This document shows positions 18,069 through 25,779 of a DNA stretch of 25,779 nt, piece by piece. The stretch covers positions 1-25,779 of the forward strand of contig CAWVRN010000040.1 in assembly GCA_963932905.1 (NCBI GenBank). The letters are read 5' to 3'. A program made the position numbers and the translations under genes. The DNA comes from an uncultured Bdellovibrio sp. Lineage in GTDB: Bacteria > Bdellovibrionota > Bdellovibrionia > Bdellovibrionales > Bdellovibrionaceae. Under the pieces are notes generated by a model. That model saw nothing but the letters and a program-made list of their open reading frames with translations, did not search any database and had not been told where the DNA came from. Numbering within the stretch: the stretch's first letter is position 1; each line of letters starts with the position of its first letter.

Positions 18069-18500
18069 CTAGTGACAATTGGCAGTTTTGTATTTTACAA
18101 AGTTCGGTGTTTTCGCCGAACCAATTGAAATTTGAAATTCCGCGGATGCCAGTTGCTGAATAGAAATTTCAATATCACTGGATTCAACAAGACGACCATC
18201 AGGTTCCATTTGATAACCCACACCACCGGGAATAAGTGCGACGATTTGATTCTGTGCTGACAATAGGGATGCCTGTTTAAATCCAGTCACGAATTCATTG
18301 TCTTTTGAAAGTACAGTCTGAGTTTGGAAAGAGGTTCCTTTTTTAAATACGTCCAATCGAATATCCACCACACCAAGGTCGGTGTGGATAGAAGGGTCAA
18401 TACAGGAAAAATGCAGGGGTATAAAGGAACCTAATTCTACCGCCCTGACATTTAAACTTAAGCTTAATCCAATTAACAATCGACCTAAGAGTGTTTTCAT
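18069..18500 (-). CDS. Exported hypothetical protein
   Basis: Signal peptide ending VRA; Cys near both ends of the mature chain. Confidence 0.7.
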   Translation of the reverse strand: MKTLLGRLLIGLSLSLNVRAVELGSFIPLHFSCIDPSIHTDLGVVDIRLDVFKKGTSFQTQTVLSKDNEFVTGFKQASLLSAQNQIVALIPGGVGYQMEPDGRLVESSDIEISIQQLASAEFQISIGSAKTPNFVKYKTANCH

Positions 18501-18556
18501 CCTAATCCCCCATTTTACAAAATGAAGATTGCAACTATAGTTCCACAGAAACAGGT

Positions 18557-19249
18557 CTAGGCCATCAACTCAGTAGCTGGTACTGCAGCCAAATAACCTC
18601 CGGCGGTCGATGGCACATTCAATCCATACTGCGCACGAAGCGTAGTCAATGGGGTTGCCCAATTCGCTTCCCAGTCTAATGCAAAAATCGACTGAGCGTC
18701 GTTACCAAGCTTCCAACCATAACTCACTCGCTCGTACACCAATGCGGTTAACGGATGATTAGTTAGTCCCGCTTTTAGAAATGCACCGCCAATAAGAATA
18801 CTAGCCAATGGCGCACGTGTTTGCGCAAACATAAAGGCCTGCAATCCTAATTCATCTTGTACTTCTGTCGTAAAGCCCGCGAGCACATGCCAAAGGTCAT
18901 GAGTCTGCCGTAATCGCATCATCACATAAGTTTCATCGTTGCTGACATTCAGCTTGCCATAAAATTCAGGATCTAACTTGTTTCTAAGCATATGATGAGC
19001 AAAAGCATAACCAAGCGAGCCCTCGGGATTTTTTTTCAACTCATGGAGATCTATTTTGTTTAGCAATTTGCGCTGGCGAATTAATTCTAAATCTGCCGGA
19101 TTTTCATTTAGCTTTTTACGTGCTTGCTCCACATACCCTAGACGAAACAAGCAAGGTCCAATGCCCAGAGCCGCGGCCGTGTCCTCGGGATTTCTAGAAA
19201 TACGAAATACATAATAAAGCAATTTGCTAATTAACCATGCTTTCTTCAT
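18557..19249 (-). CDS. Coq4-family protein
   Basis: PEGSLGYAF and R.RQTHDLWHVLAGF....DE (HDxxH-x11-E metal motif). True start is probably ATG 19249 after aaggag. Confidence 0.9.
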   Translation of the reverse strand: MKKAWLISKLLYYVFRISRNPEDTAAALGIGPCLFRLGYVEQARKKLNENPADLELIRQRKLLNKIDLHELKKNPEGSLGYAFAHHMLRNKLDPEFYGKLNVSNDETYVMMRLRQTHDLWHVLAGFTTEVQDELGLQAFMFAQTRAPLASILIGGAFLKAGLTNHPLTALVYERVSYGWKLGNDAQSIFALDWEANWATPLTTLRAQYGLNVPSTAGGYLAAVPATELMA

Positions 19250-19364
19250 AGACGTCTCCTTCGCTAGGCAACGGGAAGATAGCCGATCACCTGGCAAAAT
19301 CAAGTTCCGACTTGCCATAAAGTCAACGAATTGCAAAACTAACACAATCTAAAAGGATAGAGTT

Positions 19365-20072
19365 ATGAAAATCACCACAAAACAAATTGGACAAGGCTCG
19401 CGCCAAGCAGCCTTAGTACATGGGCTGGGTATGTCAGGTGAAACTTGGCTAGAGTTAGCCGAAATGATGGCAGAACGTTATAACTACACTGTTATCCTTG
19501 TCGATCTGCGCGGCCATGGCGAAAGCCCTAATACGAAAAGCTACCTCATTCGTGAATTCGCACAAGATTTAAAAGACACTCTTCCCAAAGGATTAGATGT
19601 ATTGATGGGCCATGCTTTAGGTGGTCGAATTGCCGCCGAAGCCGCTGCATACCTGCAGCCTCGACAATTAATTTGTTTAGATCCTGGAACGCAAATGAGC
19701 TCCGTCTGTCAGATGGCACTGATTCACCTATTCCCTACGTTTCTTAGAAATGCATTCGATGTTGTTCCCAAAGGCGTTTCGCCAAAAACACGTCGCCGCA
19801 TCTTGGATGCCATTAATAATTGGGATGTGGATATGATCAAAACCATTTTATCCGAAGGTGTTCGTCGTGACTTTCGTGCCTTGCCAACAACGATGTCATC
19901 GACCGTCCTGCTAGCAGAGAATAGCTTCGCAGTTTCAAAAGAAAAAGAACGTGATTTGGAGCTAGCGGGCTGGAAAATTCGTCACAAATCAGGCGCGACT
20001 CATCAGATGCATTGGCAAAATCCCGAGGGCACCTTGTCCCTCATCGCTGATCTACTAGGAAATACATTATAA
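19365..20072 (+). CDS. Alpha/beta fold hydrolase homologue with Ala at the nucleophile position
   Basis: LVHG, VDLRGHGES, GHALGG (G-x-S-x-G expected), C-terminal His in ATHQMH. Confidence 0.88.
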   Translation: MKITTKQIGQGSRQAALVHGLGMSGETWLELAEMMAERYNYTVILVDLRGHGESPNTKSYLIREFAQDLKDTLPKGLDVLMGHALGGRIAAEAAAYLQPRQLICLDPGTQMSSVCQMALIHLFPTFLRNAFDVVPKGVSPKTRRRILDAINNWDVDMIKTILSEGVRRDFRALPTTMSSTVLLAENSFAVSKEKERDLELAGWKIRHKSGATHQMHWQNPEGTLSLIADLLGNTL

Positions 20073-20558
20073 TAATAATTTAGGAACGATGTTTCGCAGT
20101 TGTTGTTGTTCTTCTTCGGTTAACGGCTGAAGAAATACCGCTTCCACTTCTTTTATAACTTCAGCAACGATTTCGAGTGTCTTTTTTCCTTTCGGAGTTA
20201 GACTTATCAATTTGATTCGACGATCGGTTTCATGGCTGGTGCGATTCACTAATTTTAATTTTTCCAACTGGTCAATAAATTTGACCATCGAAGCTTTGTC
20301 GATAACAACGAAGTCGCCTATGTCCTGCTGACTGACGCTGCCGGCTTCGTTAATCACTCGCAAGATACCTAACTGCGGAGTTACTAAATTATAACTAACC
20401 AGTGCATTGAAGAAATCTTCACTACGATAACGCCTTGCGCGCGCGACACAAATATTGTCAGCAATCGACGCCGGTGTATTATTCTTATCAATGCTTTTTA
20501 GCCCATCTTTTTTAAAAACTTGGCATCGATTAAAACCATATCTGGTAGCGGCGGTCAT
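20067..20558 (-). CDS. MarR-family regulator, 5' end uncertain or truncated
   Basis: SQQDIG..IDKASMVKFIDQLE..LVNR..DRRIKLISLTPKG winged helix. The nearest in-frame ATG (20558) lies inside the opposite-strand kinase gene. Confidence 0.7.
   Translation of the reverse strand: MTAATRYGFNRCQVFKKDGLKSIDKNNTPASIADNICVARARRYRSEDFFNALVSYNLVTPQLGILRVINEAGSVSQQDIGDFVVIDKASMVKFIDQLEKLKLVNRTSHETDRRIKLISLTPKGKKTLEIVAEVIKEVEAVFLQPLTEEEQQQLRNIVPKLLL
20455..20482 (+). promoter_or_regulatory. Putative sigma-70 promoter for a (near-)leaderless kinase mRNA
   Basis: TTGTCA-16 bp-TATTAT, then 8 nt to ATG 20491 with no SD sequence. Confidence 0.4.
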
Positions 20559-22908
20559 TGTTGTGGGTATTTTTCTGCTAAAAAGTATGCTTAACAGCGT
20601 ATTCAAAATTGATAGCCCACTACTTTTATTCTTTACCGGAGTTACTATTTCGGCATGGTACGGAGGATTTTTTCCGGGCATTTTAGCAACTTTTTTATCT
20701 ATTGTTGCCATTAAATTTCACTTTGAACCCATAACGATTCCGGCGTCGGCTTTTGCTTGGAATACACGTTATTTATTTTTTGGTATTGATTGCCTTTTCG
20801 TTTCGGCCGTTTGTGGACAATTACGCAGTTCTCGCGATCGATTGCACCAAAGCGAAGGCCGTTTGCGAAAAGTTTTTGAATCCAACATGATTGGCCTAAC
20901 GTTCAGCACAGCGGACGGCGAACTGACTCATGTAAACGATTATTTTCTTAGGATTCTTGGTTATACACGCGCCGAATTTGAACAAAAAAAACGCACTTGG
21001 AAAGATCTAACCGCGCCCGAATATTTAGAAACCAGCATATCTGTTGCTGACAAACTCATGCAAGGTCAACACATGGAACCTTTCAAAAAAGAATACATCC
21101 GCCAAGATGGCAGTCGTATTCCCGTTTTGATTGGCGCCACCCAAGTAGATAAAAATTCCTTTGTCGCGTTTGTGCTGGATATCACCGAAATCACAAAAAC
21201 TCAGCATGAATTATCACTGACTAAGCTTTCATTAGAAGAACGCGTGGCTCAAAGAACGTTGCAATTGACTGAAGCCGCCGAAGAATTACGACAGTCACGT
21301 AGCTTTCTTGACTCCATTATCGAAAATATTCCCAATATGATTTTCGTAAAAGATGCTAAAAATTTACGATTTGTTCGATTCAACCGTGCCGGAGAAATAT
21401 TATTAGGACGCATGCGCGAAGAGCTCGTCGGAAAAAATGATTTTGATTTATTTCCACGCACCGAAGCCGATTTTTTTACTCAGAAAGATCTAGAGGTACT
21501 AAGAAACCGCAAAGTCGTCGACATTCCCGATGAACCCATATCGACGATCGACGGTTCAATTCGATTTTTACACACAAAGAAAATTCCAATATACGACAAA
21601 GACAATCAGCCTAAATTTTTAATGGGCATTTCCGAAGACATCACCGATAAAAAGAAGGCGGAAAATCAACGTGCCGAATTGATCCGTGCCCAGGCCGCCC
21701 GAGCTGAAGCCGAAAAGAACGCAGAAAAAATGGCGTATCTAGTAGAATCGGCCAACGAAGCCAGTCGCGCCAAGAGCGCGTTCCTTGCAAATATCAGCCA
21801 TGAAATTCGCACGCCCTTAGGCGCCATGCTGGGGTTTACAGAACTAGTTCTGGACGACAAAACGTTAACACCCGCACAAATCCAATACCTATCTACGGTC
21901 GAACGAAATGGTCGTCAGCTACTGCGTCTTGTAGATGAAATTTTAGATTTGTCCAAAGTGGAATCAGAACACATTCAAATCGATCAAATGACATTTGATT
22001 TAAAAGAACTCGTTAACGACGTAACAACTTCACTCAATTTAAAAGCAAATGAAAAAGGGTTGTTGCTAACTACGACATTTGAAAATGCACACGACACAGG
22101 AATCATCACCGATCCAAGTCGCTTGCGCCAGATCATGGTTAACATTATAGGCAATGCCATCAAATTTACAGACAGAGGCAGCGTCAGCGTGCATGTCAGC
22201 TTGACCACAGCAAAAGATCGCCACAATGGCACAGTCTGTATTGAAGTCGAAGATTCCGGTATCGGCATTGATCCTAAACAAGCCGAATCACTATTTAAAC
22301 CCTTCGCTCAAGGTGACGAATCCATGACCCGCCGATTTGGCGGCACTGGTTTAGGGTTGTTTCTTTCTAGAAAGTTGGCCCAATTAATGGGCGGCAATGT
22401 GACGCTCGCATCCAGCCAACCCGCTAGAGGCAGTTGCTTTAAAATCGAAATCGCCGTGGGACTCGCAGATATTAAGGTCAGTGAAAACATCCCTGTTCGT
22501 AATAAATCCGCACAAAATTCAAAACAAGGACGCGTTCTTATTGTGGATGATGCTATCGACAATCGTCTACTCTTAGAAATGTTTTTGAAAAAATACCAAG
22601 TGGAAACGGTCAGCGCTGCCAATGGACAAGAAGCCGTTCAAGCTGCTCTGAATTCGCATTTTGATATCGTTTTGATGGACGTACAAATGCCGATAATGGA
22701 TGGTTTTGAAGCAGTTAAACAGCTACGCGATCAAAACTACACTCAACCGGTGATCGCACTTACAGCGCATGCAATGCGTGGCGACCGTGAACGCTGTATA
22801 GAAAAAGGCTTTGATGACTACATCCAAAAACCTATCAATCGCCAAACATTAGAAGCGTGCTTAAATCAGTATTTGCCCTACCCAACGACTCCGGAAACAA
22901 AACATTAA
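20491..22908 (+). CDS. Hybrid sensor histidine kinase (DUF4118-like TM, PAS, PAS, HisKA, HATPase, REC)
   Basis: Four TM with SAWYGG; two PAS ending DIT; H-box FLANISHEIRTPL; N box GNAIKFT; DSGIG; GGTGLGL; receiver VDD / MDVQMP / KP. Confidence 0.95.
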   Translation: MLFSPSFLKTWHRLKPYLVAAVIVVGIFLLKSMLNSVFKIDSPLLLFFTGVTISAWYGGFFPGILATFLSIVAIKFHFEPITIPASAFAWNTRYLFFGIDCLFVSAVCGQLRSSRDRLHQSEGRLRKVFESNMIGLTFSTADGELTHVNDYFLRILGYTRAEFEQKKRTWKDLTAPEYLETSISVADKLMQGQHMEPFKKEYIRQDGSRIPVLIGATQVDKNSFVAFVLDITEITKTQHELSLTKLSLEERVAQRTLQLTEAAEELRQSRSFLDSIIENIPNMIFVKDAKNLRFVRFNRAGEILLGRMREELVGKNDFDLFPRTEADFFTQKDLEVLRNRKVVDIPDEPISTIDGSIRFLHTKKIPIYDKDNQPKFLMGISEDITDKKKAENQRAELIRAQAARAEAEKNAEKMAYLVESANEASRAKSAFLANISHEIRTPLGAMLGFTELVLDDKTLTPAQIQYLSTVERNGRQLLRLVDEILDLSKVESEHIQIDQMTFDLKELVNDVTTSLNLKANEKGLLLTTTFENAHDTGIITDPSRLRQIMVNIIGNAIKFTDRGSVSVHVSLTTAKDRHNGTVCIEVEDSGIGIDPKQAESLFKPFAQGDESMTRRFGGTGLGLFLSRKLAQLMGGNVTLASSQPARGSCFKIEIAVGLADIKVSENIPVRNKSAQNSKQGRVLIVDDAIDNRLLLEMFLKKYQVETVSAANGQEAVQAALNSHFDIVLMDVQMPIMDGFEAVKQLRDQNYTQPVIALTAHAMRGDRERCIEKGFDDYIQKPINRQTLEACLNQYLPYPTTPETKH

Positions 22909-23364
22909 TTAGTGACCGACTAAGTCAGCAGAAACACTTTTTTGAAATCGCACAGCGATTGGTGTTTGAATTCTGAGCATTTTATAGCGCATACGCAGAC
23001 CTGGAATCAGCGCTTCACTTTTCACAAAGTACACCAGACACATATCTATATTTGTCATTGCTCCTGGTGACTGCAGAAAGGGATCCTTATCAGTACCACG
23101 AACGCAGTTACCGATGGCGCTACCCTCAACTCCCGGGAACTTTGAAATCACTGGATCCAAGGCAGTCCTCAATGTATGCACATCTGTGTAATCCATCGCA
23201 TAGGTGGACAAGGCAAATAGGACGGGAATAAAAAATAATTTTAATACGGAATTCATATAATTTTTTCTTATTTGAGCTAATCCGGGTAGTGCCACTACCC
23301 AGCGCTGAAGTAAATTTCTAATTTCGCTAAACATTTCATCTGTGTGAGATAAACGCATTTCCAT
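22909..23364 (-). CDS. Hypothetical protein; exported form probably starts at internal ATG 23256
   Basis: Strong RBS aggagg before 23364, but a signal-peptide-like MNSVLKLFFIPVLFALSTYA begins at 23256. Confidence 0.6.
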   Translation of the reverse strand: MEMRLSHTDEMFSEIRNLLQRWVVALPGLAQIRKNYMNSVLKLFFIPVLFALSTYAMDYTDVHTLRTALDPVISKFPGVEGSAIGNCVRGTDKDPFLQSPGAMTNIDMCLVYFVKSEALIPGLRMRYKMLRIQTPIAVRFQKSVSADLVGH

Positions 23365-23386
23365 ATAAAACCTCCTGTTTTATGTT

Positions 23387-23626
23387 TTAAAGATCAGCCA
23401 TGATCTCGCTAATTTTTAGTTTGTTTTTAAAAAAAGAAAATTCAGAATCAGTTTCGACCATAAAAGCAAACCCTAGACCTTTAAAAATATACTGATGAAC
23501 AGTATCCGAGTTATCTATTTCTATTGAAATAACATCACGCAAGGAAAAATCCACATCGCGGATGTATTGAAGGAGTTTCGGTTTGCTACTTAAAAATGTT
23601 ACTTTTGGGTCGTATCGCTTCGTCAT
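23387..23626 (-). CDS. Small hypothetical protein (79 aa)
   Basis: ATG ORF filling an AT-rich gap, co-oriented with the downstream gene. Confidence 0.5.
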   Translation of the reverse strand: MTKRYDPKVTFLSSKPKLLQYIRDVDFSLRDVISIEIDNSDTVHQYIFKGLGFAFMVETDSEFSFFKNKLKISEIMADL

Positions 23627-23629
23627 ACT

Positions 23630-23689
23630 AAATATGTAAATTATGTGTAATTATTCTTCAAGTATAATTTACACATTAATTACATATTT
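23630..23689. promoter_or_regulatory. Long imperfect inverted repeat (operator array)
   Basis: aaatatgtaaattatgtgtaattat (23630..23654) versus ataatttacacattaattacatattt (23664..23689); four TGTAA/TTACA half-sites. Confidence 0.6.
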
Positions 23690-23721
23690 TATAATTTTTA
23701 GACTTTAGCAGGGATTAAGGG

Positions 23722-24735
23722 CTATTTTATAGCCCTTTGGTTGCGTTTATCCATAAATAATGAGGCCAAAATGGACGAGCCGATTAATACAGCGATAATA
23801 GAAAGTGACCATGTAATGGGAAACTTGCCGCCGAATAGACCGTTTAAATAGACCATTTTCAATCCGACAAAAATCAACACCGCTGCCAGACCATATTTTA
23901 TATAGATAAATCGATCCATTACGCCAGCTAACATGAAGTACATCGATCGCAATCCCAAGATGGCAAATATGTTACTAGTAAAGACGATCAAGGGTTCTTT
24001 GGTTAAAGCAAAAATAGCCGGGACAGAATCAACGGCAAAAATAATATCTGTTAGTTCCATGAAAATAAGGGCCAAAAATAGAGGCGTTACAAATGTTAAT
24101 CCGTCTTTTTTAATGAAGAATTGCTGACCTTCAATTTTTGGATGGATCCTTAAAAACTTCTTTAGTTGTCGAACGATAAAGTTTTTCTCAAGATCCTGCT
24201 CTTCGGTGCCGGCAAAAAACATTTTTACGCCCGTAAATATTAAAAGCACACCAAAGAAAATAACCACTGCATGATATTGCATCAATACCGATCCAAGGGC
24301 CACAAACAGAGCTCTAAAAATCAGGGCTCCAATAATCCCCCAGAACAGAACACGATGTTGGTACGCTTTTGGTATACTGAAATAAGAAAACACGACAGCA
24401 AAAATAAATATATTATCAATCGCCAATGCTTTTTCGACTACAAAGCCAGTCAAAAATTCCAGAGCCACTTGTTTTGCTGAGTCCCCGGGATCAAAACCCG
24501 GAATAGCTAACAACCTAGGATCGGCTGCAAACACCCACTCGCAATATTTATACAGAAACACATTGAAAAGCATGGCTAGCGAAATCCACACCCCTGTCCA
24601 AATCGCTGATTCCTTAAAGGACACTTCATGGGCCGTTTTATGAAACACTCCTAAATCTAGTGCTAAAACCGCCAGAACAAAAACGATGAAGCCTGCATAA
24701 AATGGCCAATACTCGACAAATGGAAATAAAGACAT
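23722..24735 (-). CDS. TerC/Alx family metal homeostasis membrane protein
   Basis: LALDLGVF, EKALAIDNIFIF, QHRVLFWG, DIIFAVDSVPA, SNIFAILGLRSMYF. Confidence 0.95.
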   Translation of the reverse strand: MSLFPFVEYWPFYAGFIVFVLAVLALDLGVFHKTAHEVSFKESAIWTGVWISLAMLFNVFLYKYCEWVFAADPRLLAIPGFDPGDSAKQVALEFLTGFVVEKALAIDNIFIFAVVFSYFSIPKAYQHRVLFWGIIGALIFRALFVALGSVLMQYHAVVIFFGVLLIFTGVKMFFAGTEEQDLEKNFIVRQLKKFLRIHPKIEGQQFFIKKDGLTFVTPLFLALIFMELTDIIFAVDSVPAIFALTKEPLIVFTSNIFAILGLRSMYFMLAGVMDRFIYIKYGLAAVLIFVGLKMVYLNGLFGGKFPITWSLSIIAVLIGSSILASLFMDKRNQRAIK

Positions 24736-24773
24736 AGGTTACCTCTTCCCTCTACTATCGACGTTTATCTCGT

Positions 24774-24819
24774 ATTGTTCAAATAGATATTAAGTTAAAT
24801 ATACATTGTTTTAAACAAT
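24774..24819. promoter_or_regulatory. Two LysR T-N11-A boxes
   Basis: Perfect dyad attgttt-t-aaacaat (24805..24819) and degenerate attgttcaaatagat (24774..24788). Confidence 0.6.
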
Positions 24820-24840
24820 ACATGAATTTATAGTATTTTA

Positions 24841-25725
24841 ATGAGCCAATGGATTAACTATCACCACCTTTTCTACTTTAAAGTGATTGCCGAAGAACAA
24901 AGCGTATCTAAAGCCGCTATTAAATTGCGATTGGGGCAGCCTACTCTTTCAGCACAGTTAAAACAGTTTGAATCAGCGCTGGGCGTAACACTCTTTGAAC
25001 GCCAGCACAAGAAACTGTTTCTAACTGAACAAGGGAAGGTCGCTTTTGATTATGCTCGTAATATTTTTAAAATGGGCTCAGAAATGTATGAGGTACTTCA
25101 CGACAAGATAAAACCAGCTCGGCTGTCGCTGTGCATAGCCTCCCTCGATAGTATTCCTAAACACACAATTTTAGATTTAACAAAAGCCGCCTTAAAAGTT
25201 TCCCCCTGCCATATTACATTACTTGAAGGAAAATCAGATGAACTGATGCGCGAGCTATCGTCACACAAAGCCGATATTTTAGTGACAAATTTTATTCCCA
25301 CGGCGGGCGATGCCCGTGGATTAAAACATCGCTCGATTGCGAAAAACAAAGTTTCTTTTTACGGGGCTCCCCGTTTTAAAACGCTGAAAAGGAATTTCCC
25401 AGAATCCCTTTCGTCGGAGCCCGTACTGCTGCCGACATACGATAGTAAAATGCGCTACGATATAGAGCACTGGAGCCAACTAACATCAATTCCGCTAGAT
25501 ATCCTGACAGAAAGCCAAGACATTGCGGTCAAGAAACTGATGGCCGTAAATGGAATGGGTTTATTGCCGGCCGCTGCCCATACCGTAGCCAAAGAATTAG
25601 CCGCCGGGGAATTAGTTGAAATCGGGAAACTGCAAGGCGTGCAGGAAGAACTATTTTTAGTGACGGCTCAGCGAAAAATTGAAAATTCAATAGCCAAAGA
25701 GTTGTTCAAGAATTTTTCACTATGA
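24841..25725 (+). CDS. LysR-family regulator, NhaR-like
   Basis: WINYHHLFYF start typical of the NhaR clade; QPTLSAQLKQFE HTH; divergent from TerC. Confidence 0.92.
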   Translation: MSQWINYHHLFYFKVIAEEQSVSKAAIKLRLGQPTLSAQLKQFESALGVTLFERQHKKLFLTEQGKVAFDYARNIFKMGSEMYEVLHDKIKPARLSLCIASLDSIPKHTILDLTKAALKVSPCHITLLEGKSDELMRELSSHKADILVTNFIPTAGDARGLKHRSIAKNKVSFYGAPRFKTLKRNFPESLSSEPVLLPTYDSKMRYDIEHWSQLTSIPLDILTESQDIAVKKLMAVNGMGLLPAAAHTVAKELAAGELVEIGKLQGVQEELFLVTAQRKIENSIAKELFKNFSL

Positions 25726-25739
25726 GAACTGGCCCCTTA
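25726..25739. repeat. 14-bp copy of the MITE/REP terminal repeat
   Basis: gaactggcccctta is the exact reverse complement of taaggggccagttc (39..52, 307..320); it starts directly after the LysR stop codon. Confidence 0.75.
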
Positions 25740-25779
25740 CTTTGCATTTGGAATAGTATTTGTTTAAGGCTCATTTATT

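Noticed and set aside
18060..18075. Zero-gap convergent stops (also at 22908/22909) as a special system
   Set aside because: Common in compact genomes; no additional structure seen.
19250..19345. N-terminal extension of the Coq4-like ORF
   Set aside because: A good SD precedes ATG 19249; the extension spans the divergent promoter region.
21025..22622. Several antisense ORFs within the kinase gene (and similar short ORFs inside other genes)
   Set aside because: Shadow ORFs of well-supported genes, with no motifs or RBS.

Overview
Bacterial chromosomal segment of about 26 kb, AT-leaning and densely coded (~27 CDS). The gene style suggests a predatory Bdellovibrionota member; this is an inference from the many Sec-exported hypothetical proteins, a cupin next to hemB, a Cys-rich HEXXH protease and a sigma-28-type promoter. 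Recognisable genes: tsaE, hemB, an MCP, DUF885, dienelactone hydrolase, YaiI/YqxD, VF530, two LysR, TetR, MarR, Coq4-like, ABM monooxygenase, a PAS hybrid histidine kinase and TerC. No rRNA, tRNA, CRISPR array, integrase or transposase was seen. Best leads: (1) two tandem exported proteins at 5182-8120 share a C-h-[EQ]-h-Y-x-G motif just after the signal peptide; one looks like a tandem GGDEF/Cas10-like palm protein (D..GMG/GDD), the other has a protein-glutaminase-like Cys-His-Asp triad, suggesting an effector locus; (2) a FliA-driven operon of a CxC thioredoxin-like protein, a His-rich membrane-sensor MCP and tsaE; (3) a 257-bp MITE/REP-like element with 22-bp terminal inverted repeats, with further end copies at both window edges; (4) an alpha/beta hydrolase with Ala at the nucleophile position, divergent from Coq4-like, next to a MarR whose 5' end collides with the kinase gene. 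All family calls come from motif recognition by eye; no searches were run.
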